Shown: positions 9,502 through 20,348 of the stretch, piece by piece
Layout: the number at the start of each line of letters is the position of its first letter
Numbering within the stretch: the first letter of the stretch is position 1
Assembly: GCA_947313855.1 (NCBI GenBank)
Contig: CAMZNS010000032.1
Coordinates: 1,306 to 65,305, forward strand
Direction of reading: 5' to 3'
DNA from: an uncultured Deferribacteraceae bacterium
GTDB taxonomy: Bacteria; Chrysiogenota; Deferribacteres; CAMZNJ01
DNA length: 64,000 nt
The notes under the pieces: generated by a model
What the model saw: the letters and a program-made list of their open reading frames with translations, nothing else
Database searches by the model: none
Told to the model about the DNA's origin: nothing
Translations under genes and position numbers: made by a program

Positions 9502-10671
9502 TTAGTCGTAGCTCTCTAACTCCGCAAATGGGTAGCTGTCCACTTCATACACGTACCCCAAAGGGTTTTGTATGTAGTAAAATATACCAACCTGACAGAT
9601 GGGGAGGAGCGTATCGGTAATCCCTGCGGATTCGGTGCCTTGCACCACAACCATGGAGCCCGAAACGGCGTTACCCGTGGTTGGCGTTAACGTGGTTGGC
9701 GTGGCACCCAACCCCAAGGCAGAACACTCCTGCGGAAACCGACCATCCAAAGAGTACACGCGGAAGGCATCCAGTGGTGCAATATTCGCAAAAACCCTGC
9801 GACTCTCATCCGCCTGCAAAACCACTTTCGAGTTGAGTATCCACACCCCACCCCGCTCCGACAAAAACCCCTCTTCGTCACCCCCCACATGGGAATACAC
9901 AAGGGAATACTGCAAATCGCCAACATTCACAGCCCAAAACTCCATGCTATCCATGACAATATCGTAAACCCTCTGACTCGCTACCTGCTCGGCTGTGTCC
10001 GGTATAATCTGATACAAGTTCGTCGTCACAATATGAACTCTGTCCCCATACTTAACATACATGAACCCCTGAAAATGGGACGACTGCTCCCGTATTGCCG
10101 ATCCAAACTCCAAAACATGCCTCGCACCATTTCGAGTAACAATGGTCAGCTTACTAGGGTGCCCTTCACGGGTGACACTCAGGGGGGCATCGTCGTTGTT
10201 GCTGTCGTTGTTGCTGTCGTCAACACCATCCGCCATTTGTGGCAAAAAATCTTTCAAAAAATACTCGTCGCCAACTTCATCAATAGGTGTGGAACCCTCA
10301 CTTTTCAGATCGACCACATCCCGCAACACCTTCTCCACCAATGCGTTGTTAGCGGGGATACGCACACCCCTGTGAGTGTCGCCACCAGCGGTTTTATACG
10401 CGGTGATAAACCACCCCGCACCACCACCCGAAGCATACTCGAGGGTGTAAGCAGGCATCGACGTAACCATGGCACCAGCACCAACACTAGGCGTGTAACT
10501 CACCGACTGAATAACATTGCCGTCGTTGCCACTAACAAGGATATTCGCAGGGAGAACGTTTGCCACTGCACTAGGACGCACAGACACAACGTACACAGAC
10601 ACAGCAACAATTACTACAACCACGGCCATCACTTCAATACGTATTAAATGTGCAAGCTTGTGTTTAGTCAT
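9502..10671 (-). CDS. Membrane-anchored periplasmic protein, possibly the DUF4340-like accessory of the upstream GldG-type ABC system
   Basis: An N-terminal TM anchor (MAVVVVIVAVSVYVVSV) is present at the internal Met start. The assignment rests on position immediately downstream of the GldFG-like gene. Confidence 0.35.
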   Translation of the reverse strand: MTKHKLAHLIRIEVMAVVVVIVAVSVYVVSVRPSAVANVLPANILVSGNDGNVIQSVSYTPSVGAGAMVTSMPAYTLEYASGGGAGWFITAYKTAGGDTHRGVRIPANNALVEKVLRDVVDLKSEGSTPIDEVGDEYFLKDFLPQMADGVDDSNNDSNNDDAPLSVTREGHPSKLTIVTRNGARHVLEFGSAIREQSSHFQGFMYVKYGDRVHIVTTNLYQIIPDTAEQVASQRVYDIVMDSMEFWAVNVGDLQYSLVYSHVGGDEEGFLSERGGVWILNSKVVLQADESRRVFANIAPLDAFRVYSLDGRFPQECSALGLGATPTTLTPTTGNAVSGSMVVVQGTESAGITDTLLPICQVGIFYYIQNPLGYVYEVDSYPFAELESYD

Positions 10672-13240
10672 CCCTACCCCCTTGGGCACCCCTGAGCAAC
10701 AACGATACCGCCCGAAAACGCCGACGCAAACCCATAACCATGAAGAAACCGACAACCAGAAGGGGTGCAACAACAAACCATAACCTATACACACCCTCGG
10801 AACCGTACACGTCAGGACGAACAGGGGTTACACCCCGACCCTTGGGTGGTACCGGCGAAATATAAACACCGCCAGACGCACCGCCAGACACACCGCCAGA
10901 CGCACCGCCAGACACAAACTTACTACGACTCAACACGGCTCCACTATTGAGAATACTTACCAGAAGCTGAGCATTGTCGGCACTGTGGAAGAACTGCTCC
11001 CCCCACAACTGTGCGTCTGACACTAAGTAGAGCCCCCCGAACCCCGTTGCATCACCAGACTCACCAGACTCACCAGACTCACCAGCTGAAACCACTTTAA
11101 CCGCAAGTGCACTCGAACCTGTATAGTTTGTGTACTGCTTCCCCAAAGGTATGGCCAGCTCCCTCGACATATCCACCCCCGACTGCTTGGTGGAGCTCAG
11201 GATGGGGGTAACAGTAATATTGACAACGCCACCACCATGGCGACCGTAAGGCTCGTACACACCTGTACTGCCAAAGGGGTACGACGCGGTGATGGCAGAC
11301 GCATACGCCAACACAACCCGCGATACACCCTCCGTCTCCAAGGCTGTGCCCGTGGTCGTGGTCGGCTGAACATTCAACACAAACGGCAGCTTGACGCTAC
11401 GAACACCGCCAAACATATCACCAATCTGCACAAACAACGAACTGCTATCGTAAACAAGACCCTGACTCAAAACAATACCCATGGACGCAAGTAACGGCTC
11501 AAAACCTGTTTGCACACGCTGAAGAGGTATCTGATTGCGATTAATACTGCTAAGACCCAGACCATCCAGCTGAACATTATCCAACGCAAGCAACACGGTG
11601 CCACCTAGCTCCAAGTAGGTTGCCACGGAGTTAACAACAGCTGTCGGTGCCGTGCCCTCGTCCACCACAACAACCAAAATATCGTATGCTAAGTTGCGGT
11701 CTGCTGAGGTGCCCGACGTGGTGGAGGCACTGAATAACGGATTACTACCCGTGCTATTGCTAATATCCGTCCCACTCAACCACTCAATACGGAAATCGCT
11801 ACCAAGGTGTGTTTTCCAAATTATGGCTAGGGCATCTTGCTCTTCGCTACCGTGCTCATGATCGTCACCTGCGTAAGCATCACCGTCACCTGCGTAAGCA
11901 TCACCGTCACCACCCATGTACACAACACCCACCGTTGGCATAGCAATCTTCGACCCCAAAAGCTGCTTGATGACACCACTAATTCGCCGCTCCATCAACG
12001 ACTTCCCCATCAAGTTGGGTATGACAACATTTTCACCGCCGTAAGATACGATGGCACCAAAATAGTTCTCACCACCACCCGACGCACCACCACCCGACGC
12101 ACCCTTGCTCGGCGTATAAATGGGCTCCAACTCATACGCACCCGGAATCAGGGGCAACAACTCCCTGCCACTAATGGAGATGTTGCTCACTCGCACCGAT
12201 CCCCGCAAACCGCTCCTGTCCGCATAAGACACATACCTATCCAGCAACTGCTCAGCGTAGGTGTAGTTCTCCTGTATCGACGCAGGCAAAGGTGTTGTAT
12301 GCAACAAGATAACTCCCACATCACCACCCGTTCCCGCAATATCCAAAATCTCACGAGTAGGCTCACTAAGGCGAAACAAACCCCTGCCCGTCATGTCAAA
12401 CTGCACAACAAACCAGTAGGGCAACAGCAACGAACTCACAACAATTACCCAAACCGAAACAACTTTCACAAACAACAAACCGATGCCCACAAAACCACGT
12501 CGCAACTGTGCCACATAGTAAGCCATAAACAGAATACCCAAGGGCACAACAACAAAATAAACCACATTCAACAAGGTCTGCTCACCAAACAAAAACGGCG
12601 GATAATGATAAGCAATACTGCCAACATATGCATAACGAAGAAGACTCTCCGGTAACAAAAAAGTGAGAAACAACGGCGTATACAACAAAAACCACAAAAA
12701 TAACGCAAATGCAAACGATGCCGAAATACGACGCACAACCATGGACGAAAAAATAATCAAAGAAGCATTCAACAAAATAATGAAAACAAAACCGATGAGC
12801 GAAGATAACTCCAAAACCCAAACAATACCACCAGTACTCGAAACAACAAACAACAAACCAACCGTAACAACAACAAGGGGCAACGATACCAATACCAACG
12901 CAAAATACGAACCAACAATAATATGATACCAACGGATATTCGACGAAAATAAGTAATCCATCAAACCACCACGAGACTTGCTAAGGGGATGACTAAGAAG
13001 ACCCGCACCCATAAATAACATGGCAATCATACTCAAAAACGGGGCCAGAAGATAGTAAGGATACAACGATACGCGGTACTCAATAAAATAAACGGACGAA
13101 AGATACACACCGCTAACAACACCATACACCAACAAAACCACGTAATACGAATAAGCACGACCGTACAACACGAAACACAACGAATATACCGCCAAAAACT
13201 TGCGAATACTAGACGACAGCAACATAACCAACATCCTCAC
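10664..13240 (-). CDS. Fused ABC-2-type permease plus GldG-like auxiliary component, with several in-frame low-complexity repeat insertions
   Basis: The N-terminal ~280 aa form a polytopic membrane domain. They are followed by a GldG-like signature (FRLSEPTREILDIAG...VGVILLH). Repeats GASGGGASGGG, GDGDAYAGDGDAYAGDD, SGESGESGESGD and GGASGGVSGGASGGV are present. Confidence 0.5.
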   Translation of the reverse strand: MRMLVMLLSSSIRKFLAVYSLCFVLYGRAYSYYVVLLVYGVVSGVYLSSVYFIEYRVSLYPYYLLAPFLSMIAMLFMGAGLLSHPLSKSRGGLMDYLFSSNIRWYHIIVGSYFALVLVSLPLVVVTVGLLFVVSSTGGIVWVLELSSLIGFVFIILLNASLIIFSSMVVRRISASFAFALFLWFLLYTPLFLTFLLPESLLRYAYVGSIAYHYPPFLFGEQTLLNVVYFVVVPLGILFMAYYVAQLRRGFVGIGLLFVKVVSVWVIVVSSLLLPYWFVVQFDMTGRGLFRLSEPTREILDIAGTGGDVGVILLHTTPLPASIQENYTYAEQLLDRYVSYADRSGLRGSVRVSNISISGRELLPLIPGAYELEPIYTPSKGASGGGASGGGENYFGAIVSYGGENVVIPNLMGKSLMERRISGVIKQLLGSKIAMPTVGVVYMGGDGDAYAGDGDAYAGDDHEHGSEEQDALAIIWKTHLGSDFRIEWLSGTDISNSTGSNPLFSASTTSGTSADRNLAYDILVVVVDEGTAPTAVVNSVATYLELGGTVLLALDNVQLDGLGLSSINRNQIPLQRVQTGFEPLLASMGIVLSQGLVYDSSSLFVQIGDMFGGVRSVKLPFVLNVQPTTTTGTALETEGVSRVVLAYASAITASYPFGSTGVYEPYGRHGGGVVNITVTPILSSTKQSGVDMSRELAIPLGKQYTNYTGSSALAVKVVSAGESGESGESGDATGFGGLYLVSDAQLWGEQFFHSADNAQLLVSILNSGAVLSRSKFVSGGASGGVSGGASGGVYISPVPPKGRGVTPVRPDVYGSEGVYRLWFVVAPLLVVGFFMVMGLRRRFRAVSLLLRGAQGGRDD

Positions 13241-13255
13241 AAAAACATCCTCGCA

Positions 13256-14188
13256 TTAACACGAAGAACCCGAACCAACCGAGTTACCCAAAATACCATC
13301 ATAAATACCCGAAAGATACTCCCGAACACCCACACCACTCAAAGAGGAAGAAACATCACCACCAACACGAAGATGAACCGTTCTCGCAAGACAACCACCA
13401 TCCAACACAAACACCGTATCACACAACTCAACCATATCATCCAACAGGTGCGAAGACACAACAACAATACTACCACAACCCATCAAACGAATAATCTCAT
13501 GCAAAAATATGCGAAAAGAAGCATCAACATCACTGGACGGCTCATCAAGAACAACTACTGGCGGTGAATAAAGCAGAGCAGCAGCAATACCCACACGCTT
13601 GCGGTAACCCTTGGACAGCTTACCGCAAAGGGTGGCGGAATACGGGGCAAGACCACACAGATTCATGACACGACGTGCCTCTTGGCGAGGGGTGGCAGAC
13701 GCGGTGGACGCGATGGACGCAGAAACACGGTCGGGACACCTCAACTTTGCACAAAACTCGAGGAACTCAACAACACTAAGCTCAGGCACAACAAAACTAT
13801 CCTCAGGGAGGTAGCCAACACTCACAGACGACGTGGGCGACGTGGGCGACGTGGGCGACGTGGACACATCAGGCACCCCACCAGCACTAATCTCCACCCC
13901 ACCAGTGGTCGCCACCATCGCACCAGCCATAATACGCATCCACGTGCTTTTCCCACTACCGTTTGCCCCCAGTATCCCGTACACCCCAGGGGCACCCATA
14001 ACAATACGCTCCCCACGTAGATCGAGGATCGTCTGCTTACGCCCCATACGCTTGCTGAGGTTGACGGTAGTCATCACGGTTGCAACAGGCGTAGCCGTAG
14101 TCGTGGTCGTGGTCGTAGGCTGTCTCTCCATACTGATCTGCCCCCAAATAAATACAATGCGAAATAACTGTACCATCATACACCGCAA
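13256..14188 (-). CDS. ABC transporter ATP-binding protein (GldA-like) with a TSPTSPTSPTSS insertion
   Basis: Walker A is GANGSGKST. The ABC signature is LSKGYRKRVGIAAAL. Walker B is VVVLDEPSSDVD. Confidence 0.8.
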   Translation of the reverse strand: MRCMMVQLFRIVFIWGQISMERQPTTTTTTTATPVATVMTTVNLSKRMGRKQTILDLRGERIVMGAPGVYGILGANGSGKSTWMRIMAGAMVATTGGVEISAGGVPDVSTSPTSPTSPTSSVSVGYLPEDSFVVPELSVVEFLEFCAKLRCPDRVSASIASTASATPRQEARRVMNLCGLAPYSATLCGKLSKGYRKRVGIAAALLYSPPVVVLDEPSSDVDASFRIFLHEIIRLMGCGSIVVVSSHLLDDMVELCDTVFVLDGGCLARTVHLRVGGDVSSSLSGVGVREYLSGIYDGILGNSVGSGSSC

Positions 14189-14235
14189 GAACAGCCAAAC
14201 ACAACAGTAATTTGCCGTGCATCAGCACCCTCGGG

Positions 14236-14290
14236 CACCACAACAATCACGCCACGGCAATCACGCCACGGCAATCACGCCACAGCAAAA
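14236..14290. repeat. Intergenic tandem 14-mer GGCAATCACGCCAC, 3 copies, followed by (ACATGC)3 at 14440-14462
   Basis: Direct reading. Confidence 0.8.
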
Positions 14291-14426
14291 CAAGCGTTGA
14301 AATTCCCGTATTGCCGTGTTACAATGGTCTTGTTACACAAATACTCTTGCTACAAAAATACTTTCGTTACAAGCCGACCTGCCTTGAAAAGTGTAGCTTC
14401 AGGAGCACGCCACAGTTATCAAGACC

Positions 14427-16127
14427 ATGCACACGCAAACGCACATGCACATGCACATGCGACCCAACTTTCTCCAGTTGCGATCCCTTTTGTACCTCTT
14501 TTTTGCCCTATTTTTCCTTGGCAATATCCCCTTCCTGAGCATCGCCTTCCTCGACTACTCCTACGACGGTATTTTGCATTCAACATTTGCGGGGTTCGAC
14601 AACTTTCGTCCCATATTCAACGGCACCATGTCGCCTGTCATCCTCTGGAACACCCTCTGGCTTGGCACCGTTCGCATACTGCTCCTCCTCACGTTCTCCC
14701 TAACCAGTGCCTACTTCATCTCAAAATACTGGCATTCATGGTTAATGCCCGCCTTGTTGATTGTCGCCCTGTTGCCCAATTTTTTCTCATCCCCCGCAAC
14801 AGCCGCAATTTTCAAAACCCTTTTCGCCCATGACGGCATTATCGTCACAGTATTCGCCATGGATGCCAACCATACTGTTTTTTTCACTAGTGCCCCCTAT
14901 TTTTACATAGTTGTGTTCTTGTATATTTTATGGCAGAGTAGCGGTTTGTACATATTATTGGCGACCCTAGCGTTTACCAGTATCGATTCCAACTACTACG
15001 ACTTCATTCGCCTCCATTCAAGTCGCAACAAAACATTAAACTCCATCGCCTACGTACTGCTCCCCTTTTCACGCGGATACCTTTTCACCACCCTTGTACT
15101 CCTTGCCCTAGGTTTTTTCTCCGGAGTATTCGAGCCCATCTACACCATGTACAATCCCGCCCTGTATGATCGCGTCGACACAGTCTCCACCTACGCCTTA
15201 CGCACGTTTCTCAGCACCTCCCAACCTGAGCTACCCTTTGCCCTCACCCTTTTGGAGAACATGGCACTCCTCCTCCTCCTTGCCCCCCTTGTTCGCACCA
15301 CATTCCAACGCGTTGACGGTTGGGGCACCCGTTCCAAGGAGAACCACCATCGCTTCGTTCCGACCCGTATCACCATCCTTGCCAGAGTGTTTGTCCCCCT
15401 GTTTGTGGTGTTTTTCCTCGCCCCCATCCTACTCACCATACCTTGGCGAATCGCCCCCCTCCTTGTTCCCCTCCACGATCCTAGCTTCGTCCACGCCCTT
15501 TGGGTGAGCATCAAGGTAACAAGCATGGGCACCGCCCTCTCCCTGATACTTATTTACAGCAGTGCCTATATTTTTTCCAACATCAGTGCACGGGAAACCA
15601 GTGTATTTTTCCACATCCTTATGTTTGCTGTGGTGTTCAACGGTGGTGTTCTCGGTTTGTACATGGTTCTGAAGTGGCTCGGACTTATCAACACCCTGTA
15701 CGCCCTTATCCTCCCCTACCTGTTTTCGCCATTCTACTTTTATTACGCATTTTTCCGCATCAAAGATTACCCCGCAAGCGTTATCTACAGCACCAAGTTG
15801 CACACAGGGAGCCACGTTAAGATGCTGTTGAAGGTGTTGGTACCCATGGACAAGAAGTTTATCATGGCACTAGGTGTGCTCCTGTTTTTCTCACACTGGA
15901 ACAACTGGCTACCGAACATTATTTTCACCCACGCCGAAGACCTCGTAACCGTACAACTCTACATCCTCAACGTATTTCGTGGCGGTGGCAGTGTCCTTGG
16001 CATGGGGGACATACTCAGCACACAAGAGCAGATGGCATACGTTTACATCTCCCTACTTCCCGCCCTAGCACTCTTCCCTTTTACATACGGTATCTTTCGA
16101 ATATGGAAAAATATACCAAAACAGTAA
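14427..16127 (+). CDS. Fused carbohydrate-type ABC transporter permease (two MalF/MalG-like membrane domains in one polypeptide)
   Basis: There are about 12 predicted TM segments. Two weak EAA-loop-like regions (DFIRLHSSRNKT and FFRIKDYPASV) each sit in a half resembling a binding-protein-dependent permease. An adjacent solute-binding lipoprotein supports the call. Confidence 0.45.
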   Translation: MHTQTHMHMHMRPNFLQLRSLLYLFFALFFLGNIPFLSIAFLDYSYDGILHSTFAGFDNFRPIFNGTMSPVILWNTLWLGTVRILLLLTFSLTSAYFISKYWHSWLMPALLIVALLPNFFSSPATAAIFKTLFAHDGIIVTVFAMDANHTVFFTSAPYFYIVVFLYILWQSSGLYILLATLAFTSIDSNYYDFIRLHSSRNKTLNSIAYVLLPFSRGYLFTTLVLLALGFFSGVFEPIYTMYNPALYDRVDTVSTYALRTFLSTSQPELPFALTLLENMALLLLLAPLVRTTFQRVDGWGTRSKENHHRFVPTRITILARVFVPLFVVFFLAPILLTIPWRIAPLLVPLHDPSFVHALWVSIKVTSMGTALSLILIYSSAYIFSNISARETSVFFHILMFAVVFNGGVLGLYMVLKWLGLINTLYALILPYLFSPFYFYYAFFRIKDYPASVIYSTKLHTGSHVKMLLKVLVPMDKKFIMALGVLLFFSHWNNWLPNIIFTHAEDLVTVQLYILNVFRGGGSVLGMGDILSTQEQMAYVYISLLPALALFPFTYGIFRIWKNIPKQ

Positions 16128-16186
16128 AAAGCATAGACAAAAAACTTTACAATATGTATGTATATCAAATACAAGGAGGTAGCATT

Positions 16187-17737
16187 ATGCCTTTTCACAG
16201 CAAAACAAAAATACTAGGTGCACACACAACCTACAACACTATTATTCCTATCGCCCTTGCACTCTTTCTCCTACTAGCCAGTGGGTGTGCCACCACCAAC
16301 AACAAGAATGACAATGACAGCCTCAACACCGTAAGCATCTTCCACTACAACCTCAAAATCAACAGCACCTCCCCCGTATACCAACAGATACACAACGCCA
16401 CAGGACTCGATATTGTGGGCATCTACTCACCAATATCCATGTGGAGCGAAAAACTCAACACCATGGCTCTCGCAAACGACCTACCCGACATATTCATTAC
16501 CTACGGACCAGGGTTTAGCGACGGCGAAAATCTGCGGAAAAAAGGTGCCCTCCTCAACCTAGCACCATACATCAACCCACCACGCAAAGCCAGCCTATAC
16601 CCCAATCTACAAAAACACTTAACCCTACTCAACGTCGACTACCACCAAACCAACAAAATATTCTTCATCCCTATTAACGTCGGACTCGAACACACATTCA
16701 TATTCCGACAAGATATGCTGGACGCCATTAACACAAAAACACCCAGAACACTCGACGAATTCTACATCGCCGCCAAAAAACTACGCCAAAAATACAACAT
16801 CTACCCCATAACATCAGGGGACTACAGCAGTGGCGGACTTCGTCGACTCAACCCCATTTTCTACGCCCACAACGGCTCATGGTACTCATGGTACAAAAAT
16901 CCCGAAACAGAAACCATGGAACCCGACTGGATAAGCAACAACAACAAAGAAGCTGTCCGATACATCCGCAAACTCTACACCGAACAACTACTCGACCCAA
17001 ACTTCTTCACCAACACAGACGCTACCAAAAATAAAAAAATCTACGCATCAGAAGCAGCAATCGCACAAGTATCGAACTACGGACGCGTTTACAACAACCT
17101 ACGTAAACAATCACCAAATGCACGCCTATCATACACACCCGTACTCTTCAACAACGAAGAAAAAGCCGGAATACAACGCATGCCCTTCCTCACAGCCATA
17201 TCCATACCCGCAAACAGGAACGACAGACAGATACACAACGCCCTCACACTACTAGACTACCTCTACTCCGACGAAGGACGAAAACTATTGCGATACGGTA
17301 TCGAAGGAAAACACTACTACATCAACAACAACGGCACCCCCATGCCACTACTACCCAAAGTAGGGACCACCATCGAAGGCAAAATCATCTACGAAAACCT
17401 CGACAAAATCGACACCACAGCAAAACTACGCACACTCGTGGAAAAAGGGGGTGCGTTCTACGTCCCTTGGGAACCCTACTACGAAGACCTCGTCAACATC
17501 GTAAATATGGCCAACAAATACGCACAGTTTGACCCCACTCACTTCCGCAAAACCGACCTACAAAACAAACTCGAACCCGCACTCAACAGCTACGCCATCA
17601 GCAGTTATGTCCAACTAATCGTAAGCAAAGATGTCACCGACCAAAACTTCGACAACAGGTGGAACACCTTTGTACAAACATACCTAAGCAAGGGGGGAGC
17701 GGAACTCATACAAGAACAAAAAGATTTGTCAAAATAA
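16187..17737 (+). CDS. ABC transporter extracellular solute-binding lipoprotein
   Basis: A strong RBS (AAGGAGG) precedes the ATG at 16187. The lipoprotein signal is LALFLLLASGC. The size and composition fit family-1 solute-binding proteins. Confidence 0.55.
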   Translation: MPFHSKTKILGAHTTYNTIIPIALALFLLLASGCATTNNKNDNDSLNTVSIFHYNLKINSTSPVYQQIHNATGLDIVGIYSPISMWSEKLNTMALANDLPDIFITYGPGFSDGENLRKKGALLNLAPYINPPRKASLYPNLQKHLTLLNVDYHQTNKIFFIPINVGLEHTFIFRQDMLDAINTKTPRTLDEFYIAAKKLRQKYNIYPITSGDYSSGGLRRLNPIFYAHNGSWYSWYKNPETETMEPDWISNNNKEAVRYIRKLYTEQLLDPNFFTNTDATKNKKIYASEAAIAQVSNYGRVYNNLRKQSPNARLSYTPVLFNNEEKAGIQRMPFLTAISIPANRNDRQIHNALTLLDYLYSDEGRKLLRYGIEGKHYYINNNGTPMPLLPKVGTTIEGKIIYENLDKIDTTAKLRTLVEKGGAFYVPWEPYYEDLVNIVNMANKYAQFDPTHFRKTDLQNKLEPALNSYAISSYVQLIVSKDVTDQNFDNRWNTFVQTYLSKGGAELIQEQKDLSK

Positions 17738-17808
17738 AACATGCACTCTATCGATTTTTTTGGTATAATATCAAGCAGTAAGTTCTTTTTTTAGCTACTG
17801 GAGGTTTT

Positions 17809-19395
17809 ATGATCAACAACACAACCACTAACTCAACAAACACAAACCACGACAAAAACCCACTCGACAAGCTCTTTCAACTGCAAACAAAATATATGAA
17901 AGGGGGCTCCGACGCCTCAATACAAAAACAACACGACAAAGGGAAACTCACAGCACGTGAACGACTACTACTACTCTTCGACGAAAATACCTTCGTCGAA
18001 CTAGACATGTTTGTCCGAACACGATCCACAAACTTCGACATACACAAAAACCTTCCACACTCCGAAAGCGTTGTCACAGGGTATGGACTCATTCACGGAC
18101 GACTCGTTTACGCATACTCACAAGACTTCACCATCGTTGGCGGATCACTCGGCGAAATGCATGCCAAAAAAATCACCAAAGTAATGGACAACGCCCACAA
18201 AATGGGAGCACCACTCGTCGGCATCAACGACTCCGGTGGTGCACGCATCCAAGAAGGTATCGACGCCCTCAACGGCTACGGCGAAATATTCTACCGCAAT
18301 ACAAAATCCTCAGGCGTTATACCACAAATCACCGCAATTATGGGACCCTGTGCCGGCGGTGCCGTCTACTCACCCGCACTCACCGACTTCATCTTCATGG
18401 TGGAAAACTCCTCACAAATGTTCATCACTGGACCGCAGGTTATCAAATCCGTCACCGGCGAAGACGTCTCAGCTGAAACACTCGGCGGTGCCTCAACACA
18501 CAGCGGTCGAAGCGGTGTCGCACACTTCAGTGCCCCCAACGACGAAACCTGTATCGCACAAATCAAACAACTCATCAGCTACCTACCCTCCAACTACGGC
18601 GAAACACCACCCACATTCCAACCAAATGACGACGCAAACCGTAGCGTTGACCTCCTCAACACAGTCATACCACAAGACGCAAACACACCCTACAACGTCC
18701 TAGACATCATCAACACCGTAATGGACAACGGATCCTTCCTCGAAATACAAGCTCAGTTTGCACAAAATATCATCATCGGATTCGCACGACTCAACGGCTC
18801 AACAATCGGCATCGTTGCCAACCAACCACAAATCCTCGCCGGATGCCTCGACATCGACGCGTCCGACAAAGCTGCACGCTTCGTACGCTTCTGCGACGCA
18901 TTCAACATCCCCATACTAACAATTGTCGACGTACCAGGGTTTTTACCCGGCACCAACCAAGAATTCAACGGCATTATCCGACACGGTGCCAAACTCCTGT
19001 ACGCCTACTCCGAAGCCACTACCCCCAAAGTACAACTCGTTACACGCAAAGCCTACGGCGGCTCTTACCTTGCCATGAGCCCAAAATCACTCGGCGGGGA
19101 CATATGTCTCGCTTGGCCAACAGCCGAAATCGCCGTAATGGGTGCCAGTGGTGCCGCAAACATCATCTTCCGCAAAGAGATTGCCAAGGCAACAGACAAA
19201 GAAGCAACCAAAACAAACCTCATCAACAACTACGAATCAGAATTCAATACGCCATACAAAGCCGCCGAAAGGGGACTCATCGACGACGTTATCGAACCCG
19301 CAACAACACGCATACGACTCATCGACGCCTTCAACATGCTCCATACCAAAAATGAAGTTGCAATCGACAAAAAACACGGGAACATACCACTCTAA
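17809..19395 (+). CDS. mmdA: Methylmalonyl-CoA decarboxylase alpha subunit / acyl-CoA carboxyltransferase
   Basis: Carboxyltransferase motifs are present: NDSGGARIQEG, IMGPCAGGAVYSPALTDF, AYGGSYLAM. Confidence 0.85.
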   Translation: MINNTTTNSTNTNHDKNPLDKLFQLQTKYMKGGSDASIQKQHDKGKLTARERLLLLFDENTFVELDMFVRTRSTNFDIHKNLPHSESVVTGYGLIHGRLVYAYSQDFTIVGGSLGEMHAKKITKVMDNAHKMGAPLVGINDSGGARIQEGIDALNGYGEIFYRNTKSSGVIPQITAIMGPCAGGAVYSPALTDFIFMVENSSQMFITGPQVIKSVTGEDVSAETLGGASTHSGRSGVAHFSAPNDETCIAQIKQLISYLPSNYGETPPTFQPNDDANRSVDLLNTVIPQDANTPYNVLDIINTVMDNGSFLEIQAQFAQNIIIGFARLNGSTIGIVANQPQILAGCLDIDASDKAARFVRFCDAFNIPILTIVDVPGFLPGTNQEFNGIIRHGAKLLYAYSEATTPKVQLVTRKAYGGSYLAMSPKSLGGDICLAWPTAEIAVMGASGAANIIFRKEIAKATDKEATKTNLINNYESEFNTPYKAAERGLIDDVIEPATTRIRLIDAFNMLHTKNEVAIDKKHGNIPL

Positions 19396-19466
19396 CACAA
19401 GCTCTAACACAGCACCCAAAAGGGTGGAACAACCCGCAACGTAGTACTCCACAATAGGATGCAATT

Positions 19467-19886
19467 ATGGATTTTACACACTTAATGGAAACCTTCACAA
19501 ACCCAGATACAATACACTCCCTACACATATTCGACAAAATGATTGTTAGCGGATTCTCCATGTTTATCGGAATCAGCGTCACCATTGCAACACTGACTAT
19601 CATTTATATCGCCATGAAACTACTCACAGTCGCATGCAACATAATCATAGCCATGAACAACGCAGGGGGCATGATGAAAATGATGCGTGGCAGGAAAGAT
19701 GCTAACGCAAATACTAGCAATGACAACAACACGAATAACACGAACAACGATAACAATGACGTTGACGTTGTCGCCATCAGTGCCGCCATACACGCCTACT
19801 ACGCACCAAGGCTACAAGCAGGGAATCGTATCGTCATCAAAAATATTATACGTGGCGAAACAAAAACACGATTCCGACACAAATAA
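19467..19886 (+). CDS. Na+-transporting decarboxylase small membrane subunit (OadG/MmdD-like)
   Basis: It has a single TM helix and an Asn-rich linker. It sits between the carboxyltransferase and BCCP genes. Confidence 0.55.
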   Translation: MDFTHLMETFTNPDTIHSLHIFDKMIVSGFSMFIGISVTIATLTIIYIAMKLLTVACNIIIAMNNAGGMMKMMRGRKDANANTSNDNNTNNTNNDNNDVDVVAISAAIHAYYAPRLQAGNRIVIKNIIRGETKTRFRHK

Positions 19887-19934
19887 CCAAAACCTAAGTA
19901 CACTACATAAATTTATCCCTAGAGGTCAGTATTC

Positions 19935-20291
19935 ATGAGTATTAAAAAATTTAACATCAAAGTTAACGGTAAAAATTATAATGTGGAAGTTGAAGAGATT
20001 GGAGGTGTGGCGTCAGCTCCCACACCCTCGGCACCTGTGGCGTCGGCACCTGTGTCCTCGGCACCCACTGGTGGCGGTGCAGGGGGAATTACCGCACCCA
20101 TGCCAGGGAATATTATCGAAATAAATGTTAAGGTTGGCGACACTGTTGCCCCTGGAGATATTATTCTTGTTCTTGAGGCGATGAAAATGAAGAACAATAT
20201 TACTGCTCCCTCTGGTGGTACCGTTCAGGCTGTCAATATTAAGGCTGGCGATACTGTTGCCACTGGCGAGGTGCTTGTTAGCATCGGCTAA
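19935..20291 (+). CDS. Biotin carboxyl carrier protein (biotinyl domain)
   Basis: An EAMKM biotinylation motif is present. An Ala/Pro-rich linker is present. Confidence 0.85.
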   Translation: MSIKKFNIKVNGKNYNVEVEEIGGVASAPTPSAPVASAPVSSAPTGGGAGGITAPMPGNIIEINVKVGDTVAPGDIILVLEAMKMKNNITAPSGGTVQAVNIKAGDTVATGEVLVSIG

Positions 20292-20348
20292 CGAGCTAAT
20301 GTTTCACCAAATTATCCATTTCAACAGGGCTTGCCCTTTAGATGAGGT

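Noticed and set aside
13373-14246. Several plus-strand ORFs (64-125 aa) with RRGRRGRRG and GDVGDVGDV runs antisense to the ABC ATPase gene
   Set aside because: They are products of the 9-mer tandem repeat read in other frames. They overlap a confidently assigned ABC ATPase.
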